From: Candidatus Altiarchaeota archaeon
GTDB lineage: Archaea; Altiarchaeota; Altiarchaeia; IMC4; QMZM01
Direction of reading: 5' to 3'
Assembly: GCA_016931955.1 (NCBI GenBank)
Contig: JAFGDV010000017.1
Location: 1 to 44,982 of the forward strand
Length of the DNA stretch: 44,982 bases
A program made the position numbers and the translations under genes. Below, piece by piece: positions 17,081-27,033 of the stretch (position 1 is the stretch's first letter; each line of letters opens with the position of its first letter). The notes below the pieces were generated by a model. It did no database searches. It worked only from the letters and a program-made list of their open reading frames with translations, and was not told the DNA's origin.

Positions 17081-18835
17081 TTGGATTCTTTATTATATGA
17101 TGTTCAGAGGATGGTGCGTTATCCAGCACAGACCAGGGAGGCGTTATACCATATAACGCTGGCCATATTCGTCGGCTTATGCGGCGGAGTCGGCGCGATA
17201 GTACTGCGTCAAATGATTTCCCTAAACCTTAAACTCTTCTTTGAATGGGTTCTACCGTCGATATCAGTCATCTTTGGATACAATGCTGCGATAATAATGC
17301 TGCCTATGTTGGGTGGCCTGCTCGTTGGATTGATAACGGTGAAGACGACTGCTGAAGCGAGAGGCCACGGCATCCCGGAGGTTATAGAAGCCGTGAACGT
17401 GTACGGGGGCAGGATCCGAGGCAGGGTGGCGTTCATCAAGGCGTTTGTTTCATCCATAACATTGGGTTCTGGGGGGAGCGGAGGACGAGAAGGCCCCATA
17501 GGACAGATCGGCGCCTCCCTCGGCTCCTTACTAGGTCAGACACTAAAGCTGGGTGAGAGAGAGACTAAGCTGTTGGTAGCGTGTGGGTTGGCCTCCGGCA
17601 TAGGTGCGACCTTCAACGCACCGCTGGGTGGGGCAATATTTGCCATGGAGATACTGTTGACTGAATTCGAGGCCGTCTCAGCTACCTACATAATACTGGC
17701 CTCAGTTGTTGGTACAACATTCGCAGTCTACCTTCCAATACCTGGGCTGGAATCCTATGCCCTGGGGGCCTCCCCAGCCTTCAACGCCGTGGGGCTTAGT
17801 TTCAACCATCCCCTGGAGATTATATTTTACTTGATCATGGGCCTGGCCTTCGGTGTGCTCTCAATCATCTGGGTGAAATCCTTCTATGGGGTGGAGGGAT
17901 TCTTCGACAGACTCAATACTTCTCCTATCATAAAGCCTGCGATCGGCGGCTTTCTTACAGGGATCGTGGGTATCTTCGCCCTCGAATACGGGATACTTGG
18001 AGGTGGCTATGAAGGAGTAGACATCGCTCTCTTGGGCGGGATTCCATTCATCGTATTGCTACTTCTCGGTTTGGGTAAGATCATCGCAACATCCCTCACA
18101 GTAGGCTCTGGCGGCAGCGGAGGAACCCTGGCCCCATCGCTCTACATAGGCTGTATGTTCGGCGGAGCCTTCGGCATATTCTTCCATGGTGTATCACCGG
18201 ATATAGCGATTAATTCAGCAACCTATGCACTTGTGGGAATGGGCGCCCTCTTCGCCGGAGCCGCTAAGGCCCCTTTGACATGCATCATAATGATACCTGA
18301 GATGGTGAGTGACTGGGGTCTTCTAGCACCGATGATGGCTGCCTGCGTCTCAAGTTATCTTGTCTTCTCGTTGTTCACGAAAGAGAACCTGTTCACGTTG
18401 AAGCTCCACCGGCGCGGAGTTCCATTGGATGTCGACCACGTGCTAAGCGAGGTGCGCGTCGGAGACATAATGACGACTAACATAGACTATGTGCCAAACG
18501 ATGTAAGGGTCTCTGAATTGATATCAAAGATGCTGGTTCTGGGTCATACAGGATACCCTGTCATGAAAGACGGTAGATTGTTCGGTATCGTAACCTTCGA
18601 CGACATACAGCGGGCTGACCTCAATAAGACTGTTGAAGAGATATGCAGCAAGGATGTGTTCAAGCTCACCAACAGGAACTCAGTGCAGAAGGCTGTTAGG
18701 ATGCTCTACGAAAAAGACGTCGGAAGGCTTATTGTCGTGGACAAGGATGACCCGGAGAAGGTCGTCGGAATAGTCTCCAGGTCGGACATAATAAAGGCCT
18801 ACCAGAGGATGCTGGACGCAAAGAAGAAGTGGTGA
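17081..18835 (+). CDS. ClC-family chloride channel/transporter with C-terminal CBS pair
   Basis: GHGIPEV, GREGP, FNAPLGG motifs; CBS domains; true start may be ATG 17111. Confidence 0.92.
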   Translation: MDSLLYDVQRMVRYPAQTREALYHITLAIFVGLCGGVGAIVLRQMISLNLKLFFEWVLPSISVIFGYNAAIIMLPMLGGLLVGLITVKTTAEARGHGIPEVIEAVNVYGGRIRGRVAFIKAFVSSITLGSGGSGGREGPIGQIGASLGSLLGQTLKLGERETKLLVACGLASGIGATFNAPLGGAIFAMEILLTEFEAVSATYIILASVVGTTFAVYLPIPGLESYALGASPAFNAVGLSFNHPLEIIFYLIMGLAFGVLSIIWVKSFYGVEGFFDRLNTSPIIKPAIGGFLTGIVGIFALEYGILGGGYEGVDIALLGGIPFIVLLLLGLGKIIATSLTVGSGGSGGTLAPSLYIGCMFGGAFGIFFHGVSPDIAINSATYALVGMGALFAGAAKAPLTCIIMIPEMVSDWGLLAPMMAACVSSYLVFSLFTKENLFTLKLHRRGVPLDVDHVLSEVRVGDIMTTNIDYVPNDVRVSELISKMLVLGHTGYPVMKDGRLFGIVTFDDIQRADLNKTVEEICSKDVFKLTNRNSVQKAVRMLYEKDVGRLIVVDKDDPEKVVGIVSRSDIIKAYQRMLDAKKKW

Positions 18836-18836
18836 G

Positions 18837-19583
18837 TTAGGGCAGAAAAACCTTGATTCCCTCACCTTCCACGAACTCTATTGGGTGGATCATCTCGCTG
18901 TGTTTTGTAGCCCTCATCTTCCTGATCACGAGATTCCTTCCCTGCATGGAATCACCTATCGAATAATGCAGGGTTATCACCCCATCCGCCAAGAACTCTG
19001 ATATCGTGTCCCTGCTAAGCCCCTTAGACCCCTCCAATAATTCGGATATTATTATCGAAGTGCAGTCCATTTCCCTGATCTCTGTTAGTATCTTGTTAAG
19101 CAGGATCCTCGACGCAACCATGAGATTCTGCGGATCCGGTATGAGCTCATCCAGCTTTCCGGTGAAGATATACGGCACATCCATGTCCTTCCAGGCTATG
19201 GGATGCAAGAGGATGGCTGAAAGGGAGTCTATCACAACCCGCTTGTATCCCCCAGACCTTATCTCCCTCAGTATGTCATCTATCCGGATGTCCTTTATGT
19301 CATAAGACTTTAGTTTGAGCATTCCATTATCCATCAAGGTGCGAAGATCCCATCCAAAGACCCCCCCCTGCAGGATGACGTCATCGACCCTTTGGTCGAA
19401 GCCTATGTAGATGCCCTTCTCTCCTTTACGCGCTCCATGATACAGAAACTGCATAGCAAATATTGTCTTCCCTGTCCCGGGAGAACCAGAAATCAGGATC
19501 GTGTGATCCTTGGGAAAGCCTCCTTGAATCAACTCATCAAGACCCCCGACCCCAGTACTCACCCTTTCTATAACCATCCCCAT
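18837..19583 (-). CDS. KaiC-like/RAD55 RecA-superfamily ATPase (single domain)
   Basis: STGVGGLDELIQGGFP, GSPGTGKT, RVVIDS, ADGVITL, IRKMRATKHS. Confidence 0.92.
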   Translation of the reverse strand: MGMVIERVSTGVGGLDELIQGGFPKDHTILISGSPGTGKTIFAMQFLYHGARKGEKGIYIGFDQRVDDVILQGGVFGWDLRTLMDNGMLKLKSYDIKDIRIDDILREIRSGGYKRVVIDSLSAILLHPIAWKDMDVPYIFTGKLDELIPDPQNLMVASRILLNKILTEIREMDCTSIIISELLEGSKGLSRDTISEFLADGVITLHYSIGDSMQGRNLVIRKMRATKHSEMIHPIEFVEGEGIKVFLP

Positions 19584-19604
19584 CAGTTAGATATTATCTT
19601 CAGA

Positions 19605-20876
19605 TTAAAAATAGTCGGAGAGTTTTCTCTGCCTTAGGATCTCTGATCGTTCAGTGTACTCCTTTATGGGGATCCTCAGCCTGGAGCTGATGTCGTCTAA
19701 GGCCTCCTTTAGTGTTGTGAACCTGCTTGGTTTTTTCTCTAATGCGTGCCTGACGTTCTCTCTGACCTCCCACACTCCTACTGGAATCGTATACCCCCCA
19801 TATATTTCCCTGAACACTACGACTCGGGCTTGTTTTTTCATTCCGTGGAGCTTCTCTACCACAGCTATCCTCCCAGCGTAGTAGCCGCCGCCTTCCTTGT
19901 CGGCGTATCTTGTCCTGCCCTTAAAGCCCTCGTATTCCTCTTGGATCACGGGCTGATCATATGCCATCGTCCACAGCGTCTTGGGAGCCCACGCCTCGAA
20001 CTGCTCGAACTCCCATCCCCCCGGCATCATCAATACCTCAAAGTGGTTTTCAAGGTACGTGTTCTCGTATACCAGAAATCCGTTAAGCTCTGGGAAATCT
20101 CTTATATCCGCTATAAGCCCCTTCGCTATGATGTCGTCTATTGCGGTGATGGACCAACGTGTTGGCACAAGTCTTCTGTCTTCCTGAAGACCTAAGGCGC
20201 CTGAGGAGAGAACATTTGTGAGATAGTACACGTCAAGGTTTTTATTGTATAGTTGCAGGACGGCCTCACCTGCCCGGATTTCGTCCGAGACTACCGAGTC
20301 AACCCTTCTCGGAATCGTCGGATTCTCAGTTATCCTGAACCTCTCCACTACCCCGGAAGGACCCATTGGCTGGGTTATCGGGGAGAAGCTTACCCTGTAT
20401 GTGGGTTTCTCTTTGAATAAAACTTCGACGTCGGTGGGCTTTACTGAGAGCGCCAGCTCCTTCGAATTTTCAACGTACTTTGTTCTCTCCCTGATGCCCT
20501 GCCGCTTCTTAGACCTAACAAGAAGAGAACGCATATCTATTATTTCATCGATGCTTGAGCCGTACCATTTCTGGGGATTGTCCAATAGACAGGCCTTTTC
20601 TGGCTCCAAGGACGTCATGGGGCCGATGAATACGTCAGGGTACCCTTGTCGGCCGACGAAAATCGAGGGTGATGGCCCGAAGAAGTCCTCGACCAGTTTC
20701 TCCCTTACCGGATTCTGGATGTGTATCTTCTTGAGAAGAGGGCATGGCGTGATTCCGCATAAAGCCCGGCCGCCCTTGCATATAAGACAAAGCTGCTTTG
20801 ACATCGGCCGCTTCTTCTGCATGGCCCGCACTATCTCGCAGCCCTTCCTCTTGGGATAAGATAACTGACGACGCAT
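19605..20876 (-). CDS. nreA: Nre-family DNA repair protein with C-terminal PIP box
   Basis: CLICKG..LCG..PCP, RRLVPTRWSITAID, GGYYA, PVGVWEVRE, terminal QRKLSDYF; start may be a downstream ATG. Confidence 0.92.
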   Translation of the reverse strand: MRRQLSYPKRKGCEIVRAMQKKRPMSKQLCLICKGGRALCGITPCPLLKKIHIQNPVREKLVEDFFGPSPSIFVGRQGYPDVFIGPMTSLEPEKACLLDNPQKWYGSSIDEIIDMRSLLVRSKKRQGIRERTKYVENSKELALSVKPTDVEVLFKEKPTYRVSFSPITQPMGPSGVVERFRITENPTIPRRVDSVVSDEIRAGEAVLQLYNKNLDVYYLTNVLSSGALGLQEDRRLVPTRWSITAIDDIIAKGLIADIRDFPELNGFLVYENTYLENHFEVLMMPGGWEFEQFEAWAPKTLWTMAYDQPVIQEEYEGFKGRTRYADKEGGGYYAGRIAVVEKLHGMKKQARVVVFREIYGGYTIPVGVWEVRENVRHALEKKPSRFTTLKEALDDISSRLRIPIKEYTERSEILRQRKLSDYF

Positions 20877-20902
20877 TTGAATTTATCTCAATGCCTCAAA
20901 AA

Positions 20903-21556
20903 CTACATTAATTTAATGCTTTTGAAATATTTTCTCATTTTTTGGAATCGCTTGAAATCTAATCTATACATTTTGTGTGTTTGCTTGATGTCGGAGAGTA
21001 AAATCCTTACTACGTTGCTGGTTTCTTTTTTCCCGACAATTTCTGTTACAGTAGACCAGTTGATGTTCTTGTGGTTTTCATCTAAGATGGCAAGTAGATC
21101 AGACAGGTCTTTCTCACCCTTTGCACTCCCCATTCTATCGATTACTGATCTCAGCTTCATTATCGTCAAATCTGTGATTGAGGCTATATCTACTTTTTTA
21201 TCGTCGATCCTCTCTTTGATGGCGTTCTCTATCACGGTGTTAACGTCAAAGCTCGCGACGGTTTCATCATAAACGTCAATCTCTATTTTATCGCCTTGGT
21301 ACAGCATAACAAATCCTTTTTTATCTAAATGTTCGCCGTATGTCTCGGAAAAGCCGAAGGATAAAAGAAATTCCTTAAGCCTCCAGTAATCCTTTCTGCC
21401 TACGACAAGGTCTATGTCTCTGGATTTCATATAGGGGTTGTAGGCATACACAGCCCAACCTCCAACCAATACAATCTTGAAGTTATTTCTCTCTTGGGCG
21501 TCGATTATCTGTTTCAATACCTCCAGTGATCTGTCATAGATATCCATCTCAACCAA
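20903..21556 (-). CDS. Nucleotidyltransferase, AbiEii/type IV toxin-like
   Basis: LVGGWAV..SRDIDL NTase motif, K..R..KD..D C-terminal motif. Confidence 0.75.
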   Translation of the reverse strand: MVEMDIYDRSLEVLKQIIDAQERNNFKIVLVGGWAVYAYNPYMKSRDIDLVVGRKDYWRLKEFLLSFGFSETYGEHLDKKGFVMLYQGDKIEIDVYDETVASFDVNTVIENAIKERIDDKKVDIASITDLTIMKLRSVIDRMGSAKGEKDLSDLLAILDENHKNINWSTVTEIVGKKETSNVVRILLSDIKQTHKMYRLDFKRFQKMRKYFKSIKLM

Positions 21557-22148
21557 TCAATCCATATTTTTCAGCCAAGTTAAATGCAACCCTTGACCCT
21601 GTTCCGCCAAGACTCATAAGATCTGTATAGTTCTGCACTACGGAGACCAATCTAAGTTTGTTAATGGTCTCCATGCCCTCAAAGACCTGTTCCTCACATT
21701 CATAGACGATGAAATTTGTTGGATTCTCTGTTCTGGCACCTAATTTTTTAGTGAATCCTTCAATCTTATCCGACACTACATAAACTTCAAAGGAATCTGT
21801 TTTCATGAACTTTGTCCTATGCCATGCAGCCCTAAATAATGTCAATACATAGCCTTTTTCTCTTCTAAGTAATCCTTCAATTTTCTCTTCAGAAAATGAT
21901 GTTCTTATGTAAATTGGTTGAGGTAGTTTTCTCGTGCTACTCCATCTATTCAAAAGCTTTGAGAATCCGATCAACACAACCTGGTTTTTATAGGGTCTTG
22001 CTATGATGTTTTCTGATTGAAATTTTTTCATTAGTTTGCTTACGAATGCTGTGGAACAATGCGTTTTCTCTGCCAGATCCTTTTGCACCCATCTCCTCTT
22101 TGGGTGTGTGAGTAACAAACGGATTATCCTCTCAGTTGAATTTTCCAT
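21549..22148 (-). CDS. wHTH-containing AbiEi-like type IV antitoxin
   Basis: QKDLAEKTHCSTAFVSKLMK HTH, LLNRW, VSVVQNYTDL; overlaps NTase start. Confidence 0.7.
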   Translation of the reverse strand: MENSTERIIRLLLTHPKRRWVQKDLAEKTHCSTAFVSKLMKKFQSENIIARPYKNQVVLIGFSKLLNRWSSTRKLPQPIYIRTSFSEEKIEGLLRREKGYVLTLFRAAWHRTKFMKTDSFEVYVVSDKIEGFTKKLGARTENPTNFIVYECEEQVFEGMETINKLRLVSVVQNYTDLMSLGGTGSRVAFNLAEKYGLIG

Positions 22149-22194
22149 ATATAAATAAGGGTTTTATTTATAAAAAGTTAACCTTTAGGTTAAT

Positions 22195-22566
22195 TCACGC
22201 CTTCAGTTTCTCCACCAACTCCCCTCTTGAAGGAACGTCCTTGATGAACGCGAGCTCTCCGTCAACCACCAATGCGGGGGTGGAGGCTATCTGGTATTGG
22301 AGGGCCTCTATCGTGAAATCCTGACCGCCTATTGCCGCTGGCGTCTCCGTGATGTTCACAATGGAATCTGCGATATAGATATCCATTCCTTCGAGGTTCA
22401 TTCTCTTTCCTGGCTTCACGTTTTCCCCGTCTATCAGCTTCTCCACAAAGTCTCTGCCTTCCACCAAGCCCAGCTCCCCAGCAACCTCCCTGAGGAGTTT
22501 CCTGAAAGCGGGACAGTTAGGGCAGCTTGTGGACGTGTAGAGTATCGCCTTCATTTTTTTTCCCAC
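22195..22566 (-). CDS. Thioredoxin/NrdH-like redoxin
   Basis: LYTSTSCPNCP, YQIASTPALVVDG; immediately downstream of nrdD. Confidence 0.85.
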   Translation of the reverse strand: MGKKMKAILYTSTSCPNCPAFRKLLREVAGELGLVEGRDFVEKLIDGENVKPGKRMNLEGMDIYIADSIVNITETPAAIGGQDFTIEALQYQIASTPALVVDGELAFIKDVPSRGELVEKLKA

Positions 22567-22567
22567 G

Positions 22568-24886
22568 CTATAGGTCGGTCTGCGTCGAGGTCCCGTATCT
22601 TCTCCGGTCCTTTAATTCAGCTATCTTTCCCTTATTCCAGCCCCCGACATTCTGGTAGTATCCTGTAATGCGAGACCACCAATCGATTTCCTTGTTCCCG
22701 CAGTTGGGGCATTTATTCAGTAGGCCGCCTGCAGTGAAAGAACAAGCCCTGCAGACTGAGAGGTCTTTAGTGAACGCGAAATATTGTATTGCTGTCTTCG
22801 TGGCTATCTTCTTCGTCAGCTCGTATATTCCTTCAGGTGAGGGATTCGCCTCGCCGAGGAAGACATGGCTCATGGCGCCTCCATCCGTCAGAGGATGGAA
22901 TGCCCCCTCTATGGTAAGCCTCTTCCATAGTGGAACGTCCGCTGAAGGCCTCACGTGGAATGAATTGGTGTAGTAGGCTGAATCTGCTGATCCGTTAAAC
23001 ACGGCTTTTCCATCATATCTGGCTAAGTCTATCTGAGGAAGCCGATGAGAGCAGCTTTCTGCAGGGGTCCTGGCGAGCGCGAAATTCAATCCTGTTTCCT
23101 GCCTGAACTCTGAGACGATTTCCTTCATCCTCTTCATGACCTTAAGACCAAAGCGCCAAGCATAGTCTGATTCATGTAGTTCGTCTCCGGTATGGGCCTT
23201 GACCATCTCATTTATCCCTAAGACGCCGATGATGTAGCTCTGCTTGTCCGGCTCCAAGTATCTTTCCTTGTCATTCACTGGCTGGCTCATGAAGGGCAGT
23301 AGATTGTTTTCCAGGTTCTTGTGTATGATATCCCTCTTCAGTTTATGGACGCTCTCTGCCTTCTTCATAGACTCCATCAGTATCTCAAACAATCTGTCGT
23401 CGTCTCCGTCGGCCCTGTAGGCCACTTGGGGCAGGTTTATCGTCACAACCTGCAGTCCTCCCCCCCTTATGGTTCCATTTATCTTGTCCTCGTCGGTGGA
23501 TGATTCAGAGAGGGGCATGAGGAAACTGCAGCATTGATAGCATGCGAATTCTGGCATGTAGGGCTGGTTTATTATGTAGTAGGGTGTCCCGAACTTTGCG
23601 GCAAGCTGAGAGACCTTAATCAACTCCTCCTCATTCCTACCCTGTCTTATGTCGCTTGGATAGACTTGGACCTCAAATTTCGGGAAATTGAAAAGCTTCC
23701 CTATGTAGTCGCCTTCCATGTAAACGTCTATGAGTGCGTTGAATATTGTTTTGGCTTCATCCTCGAAGTCTGCATAGGTCATTGAGTCCGCTACCTTCCC
23801 ACCTGGAAGAACAGCTGGTACGTCGAGGAATTGCTTTGGGATTGACATGTCGCAGTCTATTGATGAAAAAACGGTCTGCCCTCCCCTCGCAACATACATC
23901 TGGCTCAGCTCGTAGATAAACATCTGGGCTAGCTGCTTCACCTCCTTGTATCCCAAACCCCTCACGTATGGAGCCAGGAATGTGTTGAAATAGCTGAATC
24001 CCTGTCCGCCGGCGCAGTTCGTCTGGGATGCTGCGAGAACCTTCGTGGCATGCAGGAATGCAACCTCTGGTCTCTTGGCGGGAGCTGCTATCGCCGTATG
24101 GTTTCCAATCCCGTCCGCCTTGAATCCATTCCTAAGGAAGAACCTGATGTCATGGGAGAAGCAGAACGGCCTGATGAAGTAGTCGAGGTCATGTATGTGT
24201 ATTTCGCCGCACATGTGAGAGTCTGCAAGGTCTGTGGGCAGAATATTTATCAGAGCGTATTCTCTGGATATCTGATCTGCCATCAGTTTGTGGATTGATT
24301 CGGGATTGTATTGGAGGTTTGCGTTCTCCTTCGACGGCTTATCTATCAGATTCTTTACGTCGTAGACCGGCATACCCAACCTAGTGTACCGTGCCCTGTG
24401 TGCTTCTAAACCATACTCCAGGAGTTTGACGCTAACGATTTCCCTGATTAATGGAGCGGTCACGTAGCCCAACCGCATCCTACCAAGTTCTTTCTCAACA
24501 TCTCTGGCTATTGTTTCAGCCAGCCTCTCATCCAGTTTCGTCTCCCTTATCAGGGACTCCACGATCTTCTGTTTGTCGAATCTGTCCAGTGTGGTCTTCG
24601 ATGTCCTGACCCTGAGGTTCTCCCTGTACTTGAATCTTTCCGCGAGTTTCAGGTTTGTCTTCCTCAGCTGTGCGTATATCATGGAGCGGATTTCTTTGGT
24701 GCTTACCCCATCATACACTTTTTTCGATATTTCAGAAGCTGCCGCTGAAGCTGTTGCATAAGGGGCTCCGGCGTTCATACAGCTCGTGACTATCTTGTTG
24801 AAGTCGAAGCGCTCTGTGGAGTTGTCGCTTTTTACCACGCTTATTCTGTCGTCCTTAAAAAAAGCCAGATCAACCAAAACAATCAC
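22568..24886 (-). CDS. nrdD: Class III anaerobic ribonucleoside-triphosphate reductase with two ATP-cone domains
   Basis: GEIHIHDLDY, YQCCSF, TPAES, YYTNS, CRAC..CPNCG Zn site, RITGY glycyl-radical loop. Confidence 0.95.
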   Translation of the reverse strand: MIVLVDLAFFKDDRISVVKSDNSTERFDFNKIVTSCMNAGAPYATASAAASEISKKVYDGVSTKEIRSMIYAQLRKTNLKLAERFKYRENLRVRTSKTTLDRFDKQKIVESLIRETKLDERLAETIARDVEKELGRMRLGYVTAPLIREIVSVKLLEYGLEAHRARYTRLGMPVYDVKNLIDKPSKENANLQYNPESIHKLMADQISREYALINILPTDLADSHMCGEIHIHDLDYFIRPFCFSHDIRFFLRNGFKADGIGNHTAIAAPAKRPEVAFLHATKVLAASQTNCAGGQGFSYFNTFLAPYVRGLGYKEVKQLAQMFIYELSQMYVARGGQTVFSSIDCDMSIPKQFLDVPAVLPGGKVADSMTYADFEDEAKTIFNALIDVYMEGDYIGKLFNFPKFEVQVYPSDIRQGRNEEELIKVSQLAAKFGTPYYIINQPYMPEFACYQCCSFLMPLSESSTDEDKINGTIRGGGLQVVTINLPQVAYRADGDDDRLFEILMESMKKAESVHKLKRDIIHKNLENNLLPFMSQPVNDKERYLEPDKQSYIIGVLGINEMVKAHTGDELHESDYAWRFGLKVMKRMKEIVSEFRQETGLNFALARTPAESCSHRLPQIDLARYDGKAVFNGSADSAYYTNSFHVRPSADVPLWKRLTIEGAFHPLTDGGAMSHVFLGEANPSPEGIYELTKKIATKTAIQYFAFTKDLSVCRACSFTAGGLLNKCPNCGNKEIDWWSRITGYYQNVGGWNKGKIAELKDRRRYGTSTQTDL

Positions 24887-25006
24887 CAGACATTAGGGTA
24901 AACTATTAGAGACTTCGGGAATAAATACGTTATGGTGGGATTTTTATAGATTAAACATTGACCCTTAACTCTAGACTTATTTATATTTCTAAAAGTAAAT
25001 AGATAC

Positions 25007-26209
25007 GTGTTAGACATACTATTGCTCGCTGTTCTGGGGTGTGTGCTCGGCGTTATAACAGGTCTGACGCCTGGGCTTCACGTGAACACTGTGGCAGTAA
25101 TCGGTCTCTCCGTCTTCCCTTCACTGGAACTCACGCCAACGCAGTTCGCCGTCGTTATGGTTGGGATGGCAGTAACGCACACCTTCCTGGACTTCATACC
25201 AGCCATATTCCTTGGAGTCCCGGAAGAGGAAACAGCGTTAAGTGTTCTGCCGACTCATCAACTCCTGCTCCAGGGAAAAGCCATCGAAGCAGTAAAGTTA
25301 ACAGCGTTGGGAAGCCTCCTAGGCCTAGGTTTCGCTCTACTAATGCTGGTGCCGACACTGATCTTGATCCCCTTGATCTACGAAGGCTTAAGGGGTTTCA
25401 TCGTATACGTGCTCATCCTGGCTGTTCTGTTCCTCATATTGAGGGAGAAATCCAAGGAGAGAATACTCTGGTCTTCTGCCACATTTATCCTATCAGGCTG
25501 CCTAGGAATCATCATGTTCGACCTGAAGATCCTGTCCACAACCCAGGTGTTGTTCCCCGTCTTCGTGGGCTTGTTTGGTTTAAGCAACATCCTCTACTCC
25601 CTAGGATCGAAGACCACAAACATCCCGCAGGAGCAGTTTATTCCATTAAAGATGAAAAAGGGTTACCTATCATCCGGCTTCCTGGGGGCCTTAGCAGGTC
25701 TTTTGGTCGGAGTCCTCCCAGCGATGAGCCCATCACAGCTTGGAATCCTTATGTACGGCCTGCTTAAATCAGACGTCAGGAACTTTCTGGTGTCGGTGTC
25801 TGCAATAAACACCTCCGACGCCATCTTTTCCTTTGTCTCCCTCTACACCATAAACAACCCCAGAAGCGGCGTCGCCACCATGGTAGGTAAGGTGCTAGAA
25901 TTCGATTTCCCCACACTATTATTGCTTGTAGGCGTTACCTCCTTCATCGCCGTCTTCGCCACCTATCTGCATATACGGATCGGGGGATTCACCATGAACG
26001 TTGTGGGAAGAATCAACTACCGGAATCTATCCATTGCCACCATCTTGCTCGTGCTGTCGCTAGTCTACCTGATCACCGGCTGGTTTGGCTCTCTCTTAGC
26101 GTTATTGGCAACGTCCATCGGCTTGCTGCCGATCTTCGCCGGCGTGTCGAGGACGCACTGCATGGGGGTGCTGCTGGTTCCTACCATATTGTATTTTCTG
26201 GGATTCTGA
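25007..26209 (+). CDS. Archaeal TctA-like (tripartite tricarboxylate transporter) membrane protein
   Basis: GLTPGLHVNT, HTFLDFIPAIFLGVP, LSVLPTH, NPRSG, RTHCMG. Confidence 0.85.
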   Translation: MLDILLLAVLGCVLGVITGLTPGLHVNTVAVIGLSVFPSLELTPTQFAVVMVGMAVTHTFLDFIPAIFLGVPEEETALSVLPTHQLLLQGKAIEAVKLTALGSLLGLGFALLMLVPTLILIPLIYEGLRGFIVYVLILAVLFLILREKSKERILWSSATFILSGCLGIIMFDLKILSTTQVLFPVFVGLFGLSNILYSLGSKTTNIPQEQFIPLKMKKGYLSSGFLGALAGLLVGVLPAMSPSQLGILMYGLLKSDVRNFLVSVSAINTSDAIFSFVSLYTINNPRSGVATMVGKVLEFDFPTLLLLVGVTSFIAVFATYLHIRIGGFTMNVVGRINYRNLSIATILLVLSLVYLITGWFGSLLALLATSIGLLPIFAGVSRTHCMGVLLVPTILYFLGF

Positions 26210-26223
26210 GTTAGGCACTACAT
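26209..26223 (+). repeat. Dispersed 15-bp repeat AGTTAGGCACTACAT, copy 1
   Basis: Exact copy; runs into hairpin ATGAACCTTT-GAT-AAAGGTTCAT (26222-26244). Confidence 0.9.
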
Positions 26224-26342
26224 GAACCTTTGATAAAGGTTCATCAAAGATGCTGCATGCGCTTACGCTTAGCCGCGCTGTACAATCCGCCCTTTGTCCA
26301 CCCCTGCCCGCAACCCTTATAGATCCACCCTGAAGAGAGAGA

Positions 26343-26357
26343 AGTTAGGCACTACAT
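26343..26357 (+). repeat. Dispersed 15-bp repeat, copy 2
   Basis: Exact copy; followed by hairpin CGAGCTTT-AGG-AAAGCTCG (26359-26377). Confidence 0.9.
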
Positions 26358-26485
26358 CCGAGCTTTAGGAAAGCTCGAGCAAAAGAAACTCGATGATTAG
26401 CAGACCCAGTAAAGCGAAAGCTATTTTAACAAGGAATTATAAATATATTCACCCTAATTGGGGTATTAGGTTGTGTAACAAGAAA

Positions 26486-26731
26486 ATGGCGGAAATAGAC
26501 AAGGACAGGGTCGGTATAAGGATGGATGTGTTGTATAAAATTATCAAAGACCTTAACAACGACGTGGAGCTCCAACGGCTGTTCGGTGCACCAGTTGCAA
26601 AATCACTGTTCGCCGTCGCAGAAGAAAACGACTTCCGGATAGAGGAAGGCGGCAACGTCGAATTAAGCGACGAAGAGATCCAACAATTTCTCCAAAGGCT
26701 GAACAAGATTATAAAATCAAACACGGTCTGA
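26486..26731 (+). CDS. Hypothetical protein (81 aa)
   Basis: ATG 26486 downstream of TTATAAATAT; protein-like composition; co-oriented with next gene. Confidence 0.7.
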   Translation: MAEIDKDRVGIRMDVLYKIIKDLNNDVELQRLFGAPVAKSLFAVAEENDFRIEEGGNVELSDEEIQQFLQRLNKIIKSNTV

Positions 26732-26739
26732 ATTCTGAA

Positions 26740-27033
26740 ATGCTAGAATGCATCCGATCCAGCAGAGCAGGAACATCAATAGACATACTTGTGATCCCAG
26801 AATCGCGAAAAGAGGGTCTGGAATATGATAAAACAAGAAAACGGCTTAAGATAAGGATTGCTGAACCGGCTGTAAAAGGAAAAGCAAACAAGGCCGCCCT
26901 GAAAAAGTTCAACAACCTCCTTGGGGAATGCGTAATCGTCTCCGGAAGACTCTCAAGAAAAAAGACCATCTTGGTGAAGGGGAAAAGCATCGAAGAAGTC
27001 GCCCAAATACTGGAAAAGGGGGGTTTTTATTGA
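26740..27033 (+). CDS. DUF167/UPF0235 (YggU-like) protein
   Basis: LKIRIAEPAVKGKANKA, IVSGRLSRKK. Confidence 0.88.
   Translation: MLECIRSSRAGTSIDILVIPESRKEGLEYDKTRKRLKIRIAEPAVKGKANKAALKKFNNLLGECVIVSGRLSRKKTILVKGKSIEEVAQILEKGGFY

Noticed and set aside
18837-19583. KaiC-like ATPase as a circadian system
   Set aside because: Single-domain KaiC-like ATPases are common in archaea; no kaiA/kaiB here
26209-26357. Direct repeat pairs as mini-CRISPR arrays (also 31527-31602)
   Set aside because: Repeat only 15 bp, spacings of about 119 and 47 bp are inconsistent, two units only, no cas genes
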